From Ignavibacteriota bacterium (GTDB lineage: Bacteria; Bacteroidota; Ignavibacteria; Palsa-1295): 64,000 nt of DNA. Position numbers and translations under genes: made by a program. Each line of letters opens with the position of its first letter. Positions within the stretch are counted from its first letter, which is position 1. The DNA is taken from positions 1,717,068-1,781,067 of the forward strand of contig CAVTNP010000001.1 in assembly GCA_963736195.1 (NCBI GenBank), given 5' to 3'. Below the pieces are notes generated by a model that ran no database searches, was not told where the DNA came from, and saw only the letters and a list, made by a program, of their open reading frames with translations. Below are positions 29,977 to 40,426 of the stretch, in pieces.

Positions 29977-31221
29977 ATGAGATTTCAGCTACTCCTCCTC
30001 GTTTCAACCGTTATTCTGTTATGCCTCGCAAGCGCCGGCGCTCAGGCACAATGGATCCAGACCACAGGGCCGAGCGGTACGGAATGTTTTTTGGGAACGG
30101 GCACGGACCTTTTTGCCGGTACGCAGGGGGGCCTGTTTCTTTCGACGAATGATGGTCTAAGGTGGAACCCAATCGGTCCGGCCGGATTCGATTCGAATTG
30201 GTTTACCTCCATTGTTCAATTCGGTGGGAAGATTTTTGTAAGTACACTTAACAGCGGAATCTTTGTATCGAGCGATATGGGTGTAAACTGGATGGCGGAT
30301 TCGCTTGGTGTTTCTGGTTCTACTACGCTCGACGTCGGGGAGATCGTGTCGAGCAATACGAATATCATTACGGGCACGAACGTCGGCGTATTCACTTCCA
30401 CTGACTCAGGTGTAAGCTGGCAGAAAACACTTGACGTGCCAACTATGAAGCCAATGTTAGCAGATGGAAAGAATGTATATGGCCTTGTTAACCTCGATAC
30501 CACGTTTTACTACTCCAGCGATGCCGGGTTAACCTGGGAAAAGCGCGGATACTTCATAGGCCAGATCTATTCCATGGTGAATGTTCATGGCGATATCTTT
30601 GCTGCGATGAGTAACGGCGCTGGGTTTTATTTATCCACGGATCAAGGCAACACCTGGGCCACTGCGGATGGCGATCTGATCGTTGAAAACTTTCCACGGT
30701 TCAACGCCCATTTTGCATACACCTATGGCGATGACGTCTTCATCGGATCGGATTTTGGCGTTTTTCTGACGACCAATGAAGGCCTCAATTGGCAAGATGT
30801 AACGGACAGCGCGGTTCAGCCGGAGGATGGCCATATTCTTGATATAGATGGGATCATTGCGTGGAATGGAAACCTCTTTGTTGGCGCTGATGATAGCGTG
30901 TGGTACCGCCCCTTGTCGCAAATGCTTCCGAACGACTCCGTTAGCGCATCCCCGACTCCGACTGCAGGAATCGCAGTTTATCCCGACCCGATCGCGCAAT
31001 CCGCGAGTATGAATGTTACGCTCGAAAAGTCCGCAGTGGCGGATATTTCGATCGTCAATATGCTCGGAGAAGAGGTCGCGAATATTTTTAATGGCGCATT
31101 GTCTGAGGGCACGCATTCATTGGTATGGAGAAGGCCAAGCAGCCTGCGCGCCGGCGCTTATGAATGCGTTCTGCGGCTGAATGGAACTTCCCAGCAAATT
31201 CCTATCATTCTGGAACAGTAG
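29977..31221 (+). CDS. paralogous secreted BNR/Asp-box repeat protein with T9SS C-terminal sorting domain
   Basis: Six Asp-box motifs: STNDGLRW, SSDMGVNW, STDSGVSW, SSDAGLTW, STDQGNTW, TTNEGLNW. The CTD AVYPDPIAQSASMNVTL...AYECVLRLNGTSQQIPIILEQ is similar to the upstream gene. Confidence 0.8.
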   Translation: MRFQLLLLVSTVILLCLASAGAQAQWIQTTGPSGTECFLGTGTDLFAGTQGGLFLSTNDGLRWNPIGPAGFDSNWFTSIVQFGGKIFVSTLNSGIFVSSDMGVNWMADSLGVSGSTTLDVGEIVSSNTNIITGTNVGVFTSTDSGVSWQKTLDVPTMKPMLADGKNVYGLVNLDTTFYYSSDAGLTWEKRGYFIGQIYSMVNVHGDIFAAMSNGAGFYLSTDQGNTWATADGDLIVENFPRFNAHFAYTYGDDVFIGSDFGVFLTTNEGLNWQDVTDSAVQPEDGHILDIDGIIAWNGNLFVGADDSVWYRPLSQMLPNDSVSASPTPTAGIAVYPDPIAQSASMNVTLEKSAVADISIVNMLGEEVANIFNGALSEGTHSLVWRRPSSLRAGAYECVLRLNGTSQQIPIILEQ

Positions 31222-31223
31222 AG

Positions 31224-31913
31224 TTACACACCATCGCGCCGAATTCCCAGCCGGTGCATCGTGCCATGCTTCGCCTCGCGATGGCGGAATAGGAACGTAA
31301 GCACCACTCCGGCAGCGAATCCACCGATATGGGCCATATAGGCGATCCCTCCTTCGAAAGTGGCTGCGTGCTGATATTGGGATGTCCAGCCAGATATTAG
31401 CTGCGTGAAGATCCACATGCCAAGCACGAACCACGCGCTGACTGTCAATGTGAAGGGAAAGAAGAGCAGTACGCGCACCTTGTTTTTAGGGAAAAGAATA
31501 AGATACGCTGCCAGCACCCCGGCAATAGCTCCGGAAGCACCGAGATTCTGCACTTCTGAATCCGGCACGGCAAAGGTTTGGGCAAGCATCGCTGCCACGC
31601 CACATCCCACGTAGAAAATAATATACTTTACTTTGCCAAGATTATCTTCGACGTTATCGCCGAATACATAAAGATAAAGCATATTCCCAAATAGGTGAGC
31701 GATGCCGCCATGCAGGAACATCGAGGTGAAAATATTGGTAAATGGTTGCCGGCCGGCGATAAATTCCGCGGGTATCAGCGAGTATCGTTGCACGAAAGCA
31801 TCTCCGCCAGATAATTCCAGAAGGAAAACAAGCACATTGACAACGATGATGATCGTCGTAACAACGGGGTAGGAAACGCGCTGGGTGTTATCGTCGCCAA
31901 TAGGGAGCAGCAT
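31224..31913 (-). CDS. rhomboid-family intramembrane serine protease
   Basis: GASGAIAGVLAAY carries the catalytic Ser in the GxSG motif, and AHIGGFAAGVV carries the catalytic His. The protein is polytopic. Confidence 0.8.
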   Translation of the reverse strand: MLLPIGDDNTQRVSYPVVTTIIIVVNVLVFLLELSGGDAFVQRYSLIPAEFIAGRQPFTNIFTSMFLHGGIAHLFGNMLYLYVFGDNVEDNLGKVKYIIFYVGCGVAAMLAQTFAVPDSEVQNLGASGAIAGVLAAYLILFPKNKVRVLLFFPFTLTVSAWFVLGMWIFTQLISGWTSQYQHAATFEGGIAYMAHIGGFAAGVVLTFLFRHREAKHGTMHRLGIRRDGV

Positions 31914-32190
31914 TCACTTTGCTCAAATTAAGAATTGTGAGTTAAGAATTGAAAGGGCTTTTTGGCTGTCGAAACAAACGCAAGTGGAGCACGAGCAGTC
32001 TAGATTACACTCACGAACTAAAACGATTTCCATCGCCTCTTTAGTGCGCGCCATTGAACTGAAGAAAATGAATCTAGCAATTGTCAATCGCTCAAATGAA
32101 TTTTGCCGCCCCAGCACTCGTTGACAAGCTCAATCCCATCAGCGATAATAATAGCGAAGATCATACTTATGGCATCTTCGCAATGGGATA

Positions 32191-33522
32191 TTGCCAATCA
32201 TGTCAGAATCTCAGTTCGATTCCGAGGTAAGAATAGAATTATCGGACACGCCGGCTCCGGAGGAGCGCGGTGGCAGATCACAATACGCTAAATTCTTGGC
32301 GATGTCGGCGCAGAACAAGCGGAGAAATTTCAAGCTCGGTGTGACTAATGGAGTACTGTATGGACTCGGCACCTCGTTCATCGCGCGTTCGACGATCATT
32401 CCAAGTTTCTTGTCACATCTTACCTCTTCGAGCCCACTGATCGGAGTGGTTTCTCAGTTCGAATCCATCGGGTGGTATTTACCGCAGTTTATCGCGGCGT
32501 CGTTTGTCGTACACTGGCCAAAGAAGTTACCGCTATACCGTATAGGCTGGTGGGTGCGAAGTGTCGCACTTTTCTCGCTTGCTGCAGTTACGCTATGGTC
32601 GCCGAGTTCAGCCGCACTGCTTGCGCTGGCAATCGCGCTCTATGCAATGTTTGCCGCTGGCTCAGGGCTTAGTGGAGTGGTCTTTCTGGAATTGGTCGCG
32701 AAAACGATCCCGCCCAAACGTCGCGGGCGCTTTTTCGGACTTCGTATTTCGCTTGCTTCTATGTTGTCGGTCACGCTTGGGGCAGGAGCGATCTCGCTGA
32801 TCCTTTCGTCCCGTCGGTTCCCAACGAATTTTGGATTATTATTTCTTGTGTCAGCCGTTATCGTAACTGTTGGACTGGGATTTATGGCATTCATGCGTGA
32901 GCCGCGAACCCGGGTCGTGCCAGATCCACGAACGCTCATGGAACATTTTCGCGAAGGCTGGAGGATCTACCGATCCGACCGTCGCTTCTCGAGCTATCTA
33001 CACACTCGAATGCTCATGGCTACGTGTACGATCGGCGTACCATTCCTTGTTATTTTCGCGCATCAAAAGCTGGGCTTTCATGTGAGCGATCTTGGCATGT
33101 TCGTAGCTGCGGATTGCCTTGGGACCGTCATCGGGAATTTCTTCTGGGAACGTCTTACCGATCGGCGCAGTGCGAAAGTGTGCCTGGAGGCGGCGACGCT
33201 GGTGAATATCGCACTTCCGATCGTAGTTTTACTTTATCTTTGGTTACCATTGCCGAAAATACTGTTTGCCCTGGTGTTCGCGATCGCCGCCGCGTTCGAT
33301 GCGGGAACGTCGATCGGGGGTCTGACTTATATCATTGAGATCAGTCCAGAGCATGACCGCGCTACCTATATTGGTTTGTTTAGCAGCCTCATGTCTCTGC
33401 CTCTGATGCTGACGGCTGTGGCAGGTGTAATACTTGATCTGACCGGGTTTGGTGTGCTTTATGGACTTGTACTCTTTCTTTCTCTAGCCTCGCTCATTGC
33501 GATTCGGCGATTGGAAGGTTAG
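32191..33522 (+). CDS. MFS-type transporter
   Basis: Twelve predicted hydrophobic segments. GRFFGLR and similar loop motifs lie between TM2/3 and TM8/9. Confidence 0.7.
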   Translation: MPIMSESQFDSEVRIELSDTPAPEERGGRSQYAKFLAMSAQNKRRNFKLGVTNGVLYGLGTSFIARSTIIPSFLSHLTSSSPLIGVVSQFESIGWYLPQFIAASFVVHWPKKLPLYRIGWWVRSVALFSLAAVTLWSPSSAALLALAIALYAMFAAGSGLSGVVFLELVAKTIPPKRRGRFFGLRISLASMLSVTLGAGAISLILSSRRFPTNFGLLFLVSAVIVTVGLGFMAFMREPRTRVVPDPRTLMEHFREGWRIYRSDRRFSSYLHTRMLMATCTIGVPFLVIFAHQKLGFHVSDLGMFVAADCLGTVIGNFFWERLTDRRSAKVCLEAATLVNIALPIVVLLYLWLPLPKILFALVFAIAAAFDAGTSIGGLTYIIEISPEHDRATYIGLFSSLMSLPLMLTAVAGVILDLTGFGVLYGLVLFLSLASLIAIRRLEG

Positions 33523-33727
33523 TGGGCGCCTGCGAGCCAGCGGTGGAGAATGCAGAGGAGTGTGGGCATGATAGGGTTCCAAGCCCCTTAATGAAGGCTT
33601 AATATGGCCAAAAGACTCTAATAAAGCGGTTTGCGAGTACTTTCCATCTGATACATGTTAATTTTTTAACTGGAGCACTCGGTTGGACACCGGAAGAGCG
33701 GCCGTTGTCACACTCCGCAGCAGATCG

Positions 33728-35902
33728 TCAATTGAAAGGCGCGGCGCGCTTCAGGAGGTCATCCAATCCGGGCTCTTTTGAGTTTTTTGGTTTTCCGGGA
33801 TGAATGATGGAAACCTGGCATCCTTCCGCGGCTTCGACCAATTGGCGGAACGTTCCTGCACTTGGGTCGGCAATGTAGGCCTGTTTGTTCTCGTTATAAG
33901 CAAACATTTTATTATTAAGCTGCGTACACTCGTTACAACTGGTGCAGCGAGCAGTCTCAATATACGGCTCATCCCCGTGTTGTTCTTCCACTTCGACAAC
34001 GAGCACTTTGTTCGCTTTCGCAGGCTCCGCAACAACCAGCGTAGCGACCGATTCTTTAACAGGCTGCGCCGTCGATAATGCTGCATTGACTTGCGCTTTG
34101 ATCTGCGCGGCGAGCAGGCGTTCCGCGTGGGAATTGTGAATCCCTCCCAGTTCCTGCAGGCTGCGCCACATTTCGCGGCATCGGCGCGTCTCCTGGAAGG
34201 TGCGCCGATCGACAATGGCTCGGTGCAACAGGCCTTCGTTATCAACAACCGTAATAAACGGGACCTTGTCTGAAAATTGTTGAATTTCGCTTTGCAGTGC
34301 CTCTGATAGCGAGAGCATTACTCCACTCGCTTCTATCTTATCTGTGAGTGCAAAATGATCGTAGAATCGGTCATCCATGGCCATAAAATCGGCAAGCGTG
34401 AATGCCAGCATTTCCGCTTTCGCCTGGTGTGCTTCATTCTCGTATTCAAACGCATGCACAGGCCAATCATCGTCGGAACTCGGATTTTGATCGACCACAA
34501 GTCGTGATGCCCAATCCGCACCCGCGGAGGGATCATAAACAATTGCAGGAAATGCACGCGACTCCATTGCCGAAGCCGCAACCAAATAGGGTGGGAACGC
34601 TGTAGTATGTTCGTTAGCGCCAGAAAAGATACTGAACAGAGCAGGACCGTTGTATGATAGACCCCGCATCAATGCATCTCGCGATTGAAAAAGATGCGAA
34701 GCGCTTGATTGGAGTACAAATACATCGGTCAGCCCGATCGCCATCTCTCGCAGTTGGCGCGAACCGGATGCCAGCACCATGTGGCCTTCGGCAATAGCGG
34801 ATGGTTCGAGAATATCGTCAGTTTGGACCATCACCCTAAATGGCAGTCCGGCTGAGAGAGCTTCAATGATATGAGCAGTCTCGTCGGCATCAAGCTCGTT
34901 GCTATTTGTGCAGATCAGATAGTCCGGCAGCTTTGCAAGTTCGTTGGCGTCGAGTCCATTCGCGCCAAAATTCTCGAACACTACATTATGCACTGACTCG
35001 CGATAATCTCCATTCGCTTCAAGTTCTGCGACAGCAAGAGCTTTGAGCAGTTCCACTGCTTCATTGTGACGCTCTTTATATGCCAATAAGGCCTCGGAGC
35101 AACGTTCGAATGAGAATCCATAAGTTCCTGTGCCTTCACCATCTATGGGATAGAATTGTTGATTTTCAAGAACATCGATCAGCCCGCGAATACGTTCGCG
35201 GCGTTCGTCCGTAAGTCGAAATCCTGGCTTTGCATGAAGCAGAATTCGCGACATAGCATCGAAGTTGAAAGCACTCGAGAACGATTCACCAACGGCAGCT
35301 TTCAGACGATCGGGCGCTCGGCCGATCTCCGACACTGCGGTTTCTGCTTCGAGAATTCCGCGAAGTTTTAACAACAATCGTTCGGCCTGCTCGCGGAATG
35401 CCGCTGCTTTAACAGCCTGAACCGCATTCCATGCATGCCGCATAATTCGTGGTGGCAGTTTGGAATCGACATCGACGAGTTCACCATTCGCGTGGAATAA
35501 GTGGAATAATCGCGTGGCGGAGTTCTCGATGGTTTCGTTCTTTCCGGCAAGTCGAGTTACAGCAGCGTTCCAAAGGGTGGCGAAATCACCCGCTCCATTC
35601 TCAGCCAAATCGCGGCGGAGTTCCCGTTCAAGTTCATAGCCGTGACGCGCGATCCTGTCGCGGTCTGGATCGTTGTGAAGGGTTTCAACGGCATCGTCGA
35701 TAAGTCTGCTAAGCGAAAGCACGGCTCGTTCGGTCGAACCCGCTTTGTTGAGCAATAGTGGGAAGTCGTAACGCAGCGAGGTTAGGTCTCGGTGACGGGC
35801 AAAGAGAGCGGGTCGATAATTGCCATCTATCGGCCGCAGACTCGATCCGGTGGTACGGCCCGTGAGATGGAAGGCTATCTGGTGTTGAGGTTGGACTGCC
35901 AT
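33728..35902 (-). CDS. large uncharacterized protein (~725 aa) with a C-terminal single-cluster ferredoxin domain
   Basis: The C-terminal ~60 aa, ...EPYIETARCTSCNECTQLNNKMFAYNENKQAYIADP...AAEGCQVSIIHPG, has the C-x2-C-x2-C...C spacing of single [4Fe-4S]/[3Fe-4S] ferredoxins. The start is taken at the M after the korB stop, since the longest ORF would overlap korB by 62 nt. Confidence 0.65.
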   Translation of the reverse strand: MAVQPQHQIAFHLTGRTTGSSLRPIDGNYRPALFARHRDLTSLRYDFPLLLNKAGSTERAVLSLSRLIDDAVETLHNDPDRDRIARHGYELERELRRDLAENGAGDFATLWNAAVTRLAGKNETIENSATRLFHLFHANGELVDVDSKLPPRIMRHAWNAVQAVKAAAFREQAERLLLKLRGILEAETAVSEIGRAPDRLKAAVGESFSSAFNFDAMSRILLHAKPGFRLTDERRERIRGLIDVLENQQFYPIDGEGTGTYGFSFERCSEALLAYKERHNEAVELLKALAVAELEANGDYRESVHNVVFENFGANGLDANELAKLPDYLICTNSNELDADETAHIIEALSAGLPFRVMVQTDDILEPSAIAEGHMVLASGSRQLREMAIGLTDVFVLQSSASHLFQSRDALMRGLSYNGPALFSIFSGANEHTTAFPPYLVAASAMESRAFPAIVYDPSAGADWASRLVVDQNPSSDDDWPVHAFEYENEAHQAKAEMLAFTLADFMAMDDRFYDHFALTDKIEASGVMLSLSEALQSEIQQFSDKVPFITVVDNEGLLHRAIVDRRTFQETRRCREMWRSLQELGGIHNSHAERLLAAQIKAQVNAALSTAQPVKESVATLVVAEPAKANKVLVVEVEEQHGDEPYIETARCTSCNECTQLNNKMFAYNENKQAYIADPSAGTFRQLVEAAEGCQVSIIHPGKPKNSKEPGLDDLLKRAAPFN

Positions 35903-35912
35903 AGTCGTGTTT

Positions 35913-36905
35913 CTAATTGGGCTGAAGTCCTTCGGGCCACACGGTGAACTTATCGAACTCGGATTCGAGTCCATTTTTGATCAAACTGTTTGTGCGAAGG
36001 CGCGCGTCGTACCTCACATCTTCATAGCAGGGTACGTCCTCGTTGCGGTAAAGTATTCCGACGGGAATGGGGTCAATGCCGGAAGCGATCTCACGCGCCC
36101 GGTTCATATCCGATGGATCGTGTTCTTCCATCTTGGTATAAGTTCTTGCCAGATTGGAATCGATATGAATTCCATCCTCGTGATGCAAGAGGAGCACGCG
36201 CTGCGGATCGTGAAGCCACGGGTCCATAAGCTTTGGCAGCCATTCTGGGCAGCGTTGAATGATCCGAATAAATCCTAACCCTTTATGGTGATAAGCTGCC
36301 GAGATCACTTGATAAAGCACTTCTGGGATCCAATCCACTACTTGTGCAACAAAGGAAACGTTTGAAATGCCAAGCGTAACAGTGAGCGGATTTAAAGCTT
36401 CGAGATAGCTTCCGTGCGGCGTGGTGTTACTTTTAAGGCCGATGGGAGAAGTTGGTGAAGCTTGTTTCTTGGTCAAGCCATAGATCTGATTGTCATGCAG
36501 CATGACTGTCAGATTCATGTTGTATCGAATACCGTGGATCCAGTGTGCGGCGCCGATGCTGCAGCAATCTCCGTCGCCCATATTGACGAAGACTTTCAGA
36601 TCAGGCCGCGCAAGTTTTACTCCTTCTGCGATCGGCAGGGCGCGGCCATGGATTCCGTGGAACCCGTAGGTATTCATATAGTGGGGAAGTCTGCTCGAAC
36701 ATCCGATACCGGAAACGAAAACAGTTTTTTCCGGCGCAAGGCCCTCGTCGCGACAGAGACGCTGCACTGCCGTGAGGATCGCGTTGTCTCCACACCCGGT
36801 ACACCACCGTGGCACGCCTTTTTGGTAATCCTCGAGTTCATGCTGCTCCTCGTAAAGTTGGAGCAGGCATTCATTTGCGCTAATGGTATCTATGGTGTTA
36901 GTCAT
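35913..36905 (-). CDS. korB: 2-oxoglutarate/2-oxoacid:ferredoxin oxidoreductase beta subunit (TPP-binding)
   Basis: CTGCGDNAI...GIGCSSR...GDGDCCSIG are the TPP and Fe-S motifs of the KorB/PorB family. The start is set at MTNTID, which gives a 4 nt overlap with korA. Confidence 0.85.
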   Translation of the reverse strand: MTNTIDTISANECLLQLYEEQHELEDYQKGVPRWCTGCGDNAILTAVQRLCRDEGLAPEKTVFVSGIGCSSRLPHYMNTYGFHGIHGRALPIAEGVKLARPDLKVFVNMGDGDCCSIGAAHWIHGIRYNMNLTVMLHDNQIYGLTKKQASPTSPIGLKSNTTPHGSYLEALNPLTVTLGISNVSFVAQVVDWIPEVLYQVISAAYHHKGLGFIRIIQRCPEWLPKLMDPWLHDPQRVLLLHHEDGIHIDSNLARTYTKMEEHDPSDMNRAREIASGIDPIPVGILYRNEDVPCYEDVRYDARLRTNSLIKNGLESEFDKFTVWPEGLQPN

Positions 36906-38863
36906 GACAGAGCCTCCAGAATCACGCGGCGAACAGTATTCGGTTTTAGTGGTGTGCCTCGGCATTCGCTCCAGCAATCGACATCGACGAGATAGCGAGC
37001 GCGCAAAAGCGTCGCGAGAGCCGAGTAGCGGCGGTTGCTTTCATCGATCATTTCATCCGCAGGAGAATCGCTCCAGTTGTTCTCGATCGTCATGACTTTT
37101 TTGAATCCGGCCATGATCTCTTTTATGCCGGGCGGCATTGGCTGGATAAATGTCAAATGCAGTGACGATACTTTGGTTCCCTCCGCGCGAAGTGCTTCGA
37201 CCGCCTCTTCGATCGCTCCCTTCGAGCTTCCCCAGCCAATCACGAGGAGATCGCCTGTGGCATCTCCAAAAACGGTTGGCGGTGAGAGAGTCTTTTGCAA
37301 CGTCGCGAGCTTTAAGCTTCGCGCACGCATTGCACGCTGGTTAATTTCGGGATCGTACGCAACGTGGCTGTTCTCGTCATGCGCGAGTCCAGTGAGCGTA
37401 TGCATGCCGCCCGGCTGACCCGGGATGAAGCGGCGCGCAAGGCCCGTCTTTGGATCCCAATCGTAGGGTTTCGCCCCAGCGGGAACCGCACTCTGGTCGA
37501 TCGGTGGCGCCAGCCACGCTTCATCGAATACCGGCCGCTTGAACGGCTGCTGGGAACTTGCAAGATTGGCATCCGATAGGATGACGACCACCATGTTGAA
37601 GGTTTCCGCGATCTTGCGTGCAGTAATGACGGAATAGAAACAGTCTTCGATGGTTGCCGGCGCAATTACAACTTTGGGTGCATCGCCATGGCTGCCGAAG
37701 ATGGTGGTCATGAGATCGCCCTGTTCGGTCTTTGTTGGTTGTCCCGTGCTTGGGCCGCCGCGCATTACGTTTACAACGACTAAAGGTATTTCGCCCATTA
37801 CTGCGAGACCAATGGCTTCTTGCTTGAGCGAGTAGCCAGGGCCGGAAGTAATAGTTACTGTACACTTGCCGGCATACGACGCGCCGATCGCAAAGGAACA
37901 CGCGGCGATCTCATCTTCCGCCTGATGTACGATGCCGCCGACCTCCTCGAATACATCGCTCAAATAATGCGATGCGGAGGTAGCGGGCGTGATCGGGTAC
38001 ATTGCGCAGATCTCCATGCCTGAGGCAAGCACACCGAGTGCAAGCGCAGTATTGCCGTTGACCACAATTTGTGGCACTAGCGATTTAACTGCGGGAATCT
38101 CATAAAAGAAATCGAGATTTGCCTCGGCCCATGCGTATCCGGCTTCGAGCAGTGCAATGTTGCTCTCGATGATCTGTGTCGCTTTTTTGCCGAATGTCAG
38201 TGCAACTTGCTCCCGAGCAACCTGCAGATCGAGGCTGTATGTGCGGCAAAGCAACCCGAGGGCAAACATATTCTTCCCCTTGCGTGGATCGGAAACGAGC
38301 TTTCGGCATTCATGCTCCATCGGAATCTCATAGATCTTATATCCTGCAGTTCTTAATTGTGCCAGCGTGTCGGAATACGATTTGACGATCTTCGGGTCGC
38401 GATCTCCACTCCACATTGATTCCAGCAGAATAGTGCAACCGGGCTTCAGTTCATTCGAACGAACTCTTCCAAGAAGAACCTGCTCGTTGAAGGCCACGAC
38501 CAGGTCGGTTTCGTTGCCGCCGTTCGTTACTTGCTTCGTGCCGATGCGGATGCGGTTCCCGCTGGCACCTGCGACGCTGCGGGCGGGTGGCCGAATCTCC
38601 GCCGGAATGATCTCAACCGTCCATACTCCGTTCCCCATGCGGGCCACGATCGAGCCGAACGATTGGCCACATTTCTGCGCGCCTTCGCCGGAATCGCTGA
38701 TGATCTCGACAATATGTTCTTTCAGCCGTATGGCCTTCGCGTGGGTCGTGCCGCCCTCGGCGCGACTAAAGCTGATTGGCTCCATGAGCATGCCGGTGGC
38801 GGCACGCTCCACGCCGCCGTTGGGATTAGTTCTATTCCTGGTGACTTCTTCTACTTCCATCAT
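36902..38863 (-). CDS. korA: 2-oxoglutarate/2-oxoacid:ferredoxin oxidoreductase alpha subunit (gamma-alpha fused type)
   Basis: At 653 aa, with both a gamma-like N-domain and an alpha domain, it resembles the Bacteroidota/Chlorobiota KorA form. It overlaps nfnB by 4 nt. Confidence 0.8.
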   Translation of the reverse strand: MMEVEEVTRNRTNPNGGVERAATGMLMEPISFSRAEGGTTHAKAIRLKEHIVEIISDSGEGAQKCGQSFGSIVARMGNGVWTVEIIPAEIRPPARSVAGASGNRIRIGTKQVTNGGNETDLVVAFNEQVLLGRVRSNELKPGCTILLESMWSGDRDPKIVKSYSDTLAQLRTAGYKIYEIPMEHECRKLVSDPRKGKNMFALGLLCRTYSLDLQVAREQVALTFGKKATQIIESNIALLEAGYAWAEANLDFFYEIPAVKSLVPQIVVNGNTALALGVLASGMEICAMYPITPATSASHYLSDVFEEVGGIVHQAEDEIAACSFAIGASYAGKCTVTITSGPGYSLKQEAIGLAVMGEIPLVVVNVMRGGPSTGQPTKTEQGDLMTTIFGSHGDAPKVVIAPATIEDCFYSVITARKIAETFNMVVVILSDANLASSQQPFKRPVFDEAWLAPPIDQSAVPAGAKPYDWDPKTGLARRFIPGQPGGMHTLTGLAHDENSHVAYDPEINQRAMRARSLKLATLQKTLSPPTVFGDATGDLLVIGWGSSKGAIEEAVEALRAEGTKVSSLHLTFIQPMPPGIKEIMAGFKKVMTIENNWSDSPADEMIDESNRRYSALATLLRARYLVDVDCWSECRGTPLKPNTVRRVILEALS

Positions 38864-40350
38864 TGGGCGACCCTCACTCTCATAAAATTGTGCTCTCGTA
38901 GATCAATACCGAATAATGATCGATCCACCTTGAAAGGACCTACATCCCGAATGCCCAAAAATGCTTTCATACCACGCGCTGCTTTCCTGCCTGCGCCCAT
39001 TGCTTCGATAACAGTCGCCGCGCCGGTGACAATATCGCCGCCGGCGAAAACACCGGCCATCGATGTCATAAGATTGTTATCCGTTTCGATATAACCACGC
39101 TTGTTAAGCTTCAGCTTTGATGTTTGACCAATGATCGGATTGGCGTTCGTGCCGATTGCATAGACCACCTCATCGGTCTCGATCTCGAATTCGCTTCCGG
39201 GAACCGGGACTGGCCGGCGGCGCCCGGAATCATCAGGCTCGCCCAACTCCATTCGTATGCATCGGATAGCATGTACTGAACCTTCACCATCATCCAATAC
39301 CTCGACAGGATTGGTCAGCCAGTGGAACTCGATGCCTTCCTGCTCGGCGTGATGAACTTCCTCCGCTCGGGCGGGGCACTCGGCTTTCGAGCGGCGATAA
39401 ACACACGCGACCGTCTCAGCTCCGAGCCGCTTGCTGACGCGCAATGCATCCATCGCTGTGTTGCCGGCGCCAACAACCACTACATGTTTTCCAAGTGGGA
39501 GTGGTGTATCGACATTCGGAAAATCGCGGGCGCGCATGAGGTTGCATCGCGTCAGAAGTTCGTTCGCAGATAGCACACCGTTGAGCGAGTCGCCTGGAAT
39601 ACCAAGCATCGTAGGATAGCCCGCGCCTGTTCCAATGAACACCGCATGGAATCCTAACTCCTCGATCATCTGCTCGATCGTGAATAGCCTGCCGACAAGT
39701 GTGTTGCACTCGAACTTAACTCCAAGCTGCTTGAGCTTTTCAATCTCTGCATCCACAACGGTATTCGGAAGACGGAAATCGGGAATGCCATAGCGAAGGA
39801 CGCCACCGGCTTCGTGGAACGCTTCGAAGACCGTAACCTCACAGCCGGCTTTCGCCATGTCGGCCGCACAAGCCATGCCGGAAGGCCCGGAACCGACGAT
39901 CCCGATCTTAAAGATGCTTGGTTGAATGTAGGGCTTGTTGACCCATCGGTTCGCGATCGCGAGATCGCCGACAAAACGTTCCAACCTGCCGATCGCTACG
40001 GGAACCAGATTTTCACCAACCGTGCAGACGCCTTCGCATTGGTTCTCCTGCGGGCACACTCGGCCACAAACGGCAGGGAGCAGGTTCGTTGCAGTAATAA
40101 TATCATAGGCTCCGCGAAAGTGGCGCTCGCCGATCTTTTGGATAAATCCCGGAATATCGATCGAGACCGGACATCCTTCGATACATTTTGGATCAGGGCA
40201 GAACAGGCATCGCTCTGATTCACGAATAGCCTCCGCTTCGGTATAGCCGCAGTTTACTTCCTCGAAATTTCGTGCTCGCACATGTGGATCGAGTTCTCGA
40301 ACCGGTGTTCGCTCCTGCGGTATCGTTCGTACTGTACGTTTCTTTGCCAT
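38860..40350 (-). CDS. nfnB: NfnB/SudA/GltD-like NADPH-dependent oxidoreductase large subunit (2x[4Fe-4S] plus FAD/NAD(P) binding)
   Basis: An N-terminal Cys cluster (CLFCPDPKCIEGCP, CGRVCPQENQCEGVC) and two dinucleotide-binding motifs (IVGSGPSGMACA, VVVVGAGNTAMD), as in glutamate synthase small-subunit-like proteins. Confidence 0.8.
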   Translation of the reverse strand: MAKKRTVRTIPQERTPVRELDPHVRARNFEEVNCGYTEAEAIRESERCLFCPDPKCIEGCPVSIDIPGFIQKIGERHFRGAYDIITATNLLPAVCGRVCPQENQCEGVCTVGENLVPVAIGRLERFVGDLAIANRWVNKPYIQPSIFKIGIVGSGPSGMACAADMAKAGCEVTVFEAFHEAGGVLRYGIPDFRLPNTVVDAEIEKLKQLGVKFECNTLVGRLFTIEQMIEELGFHAVFIGTGAGYPTMLGIPGDSLNGVLSANELLTRCNLMRARDFPNVDTPLPLGKHVVVVGAGNTAMDALRVSKRLGAETVACVYRRSKAECPARAEEVHHAEQEGIEFHWLTNPVEVLDDGEGSVHAIRCIRMELGEPDDSGRRRPVPVPGSEFEIETDEVVYAIGTNANPIIGQTSKLKLNKRGYIETDNNLMTSMAGVFAGGDIVTGAATVIEAMGAGRKAARGMKAFLGIRDVGPFKVDRSLFGIDLREHNFMRVRVAQ

Positions 40351-40426
40351 CCGCTTGGGGAAATTATGAATGATGAATTATGAATGATGAATTATGAATG
40401 ATGAAAGTAAAATGAAATGATGCTTC

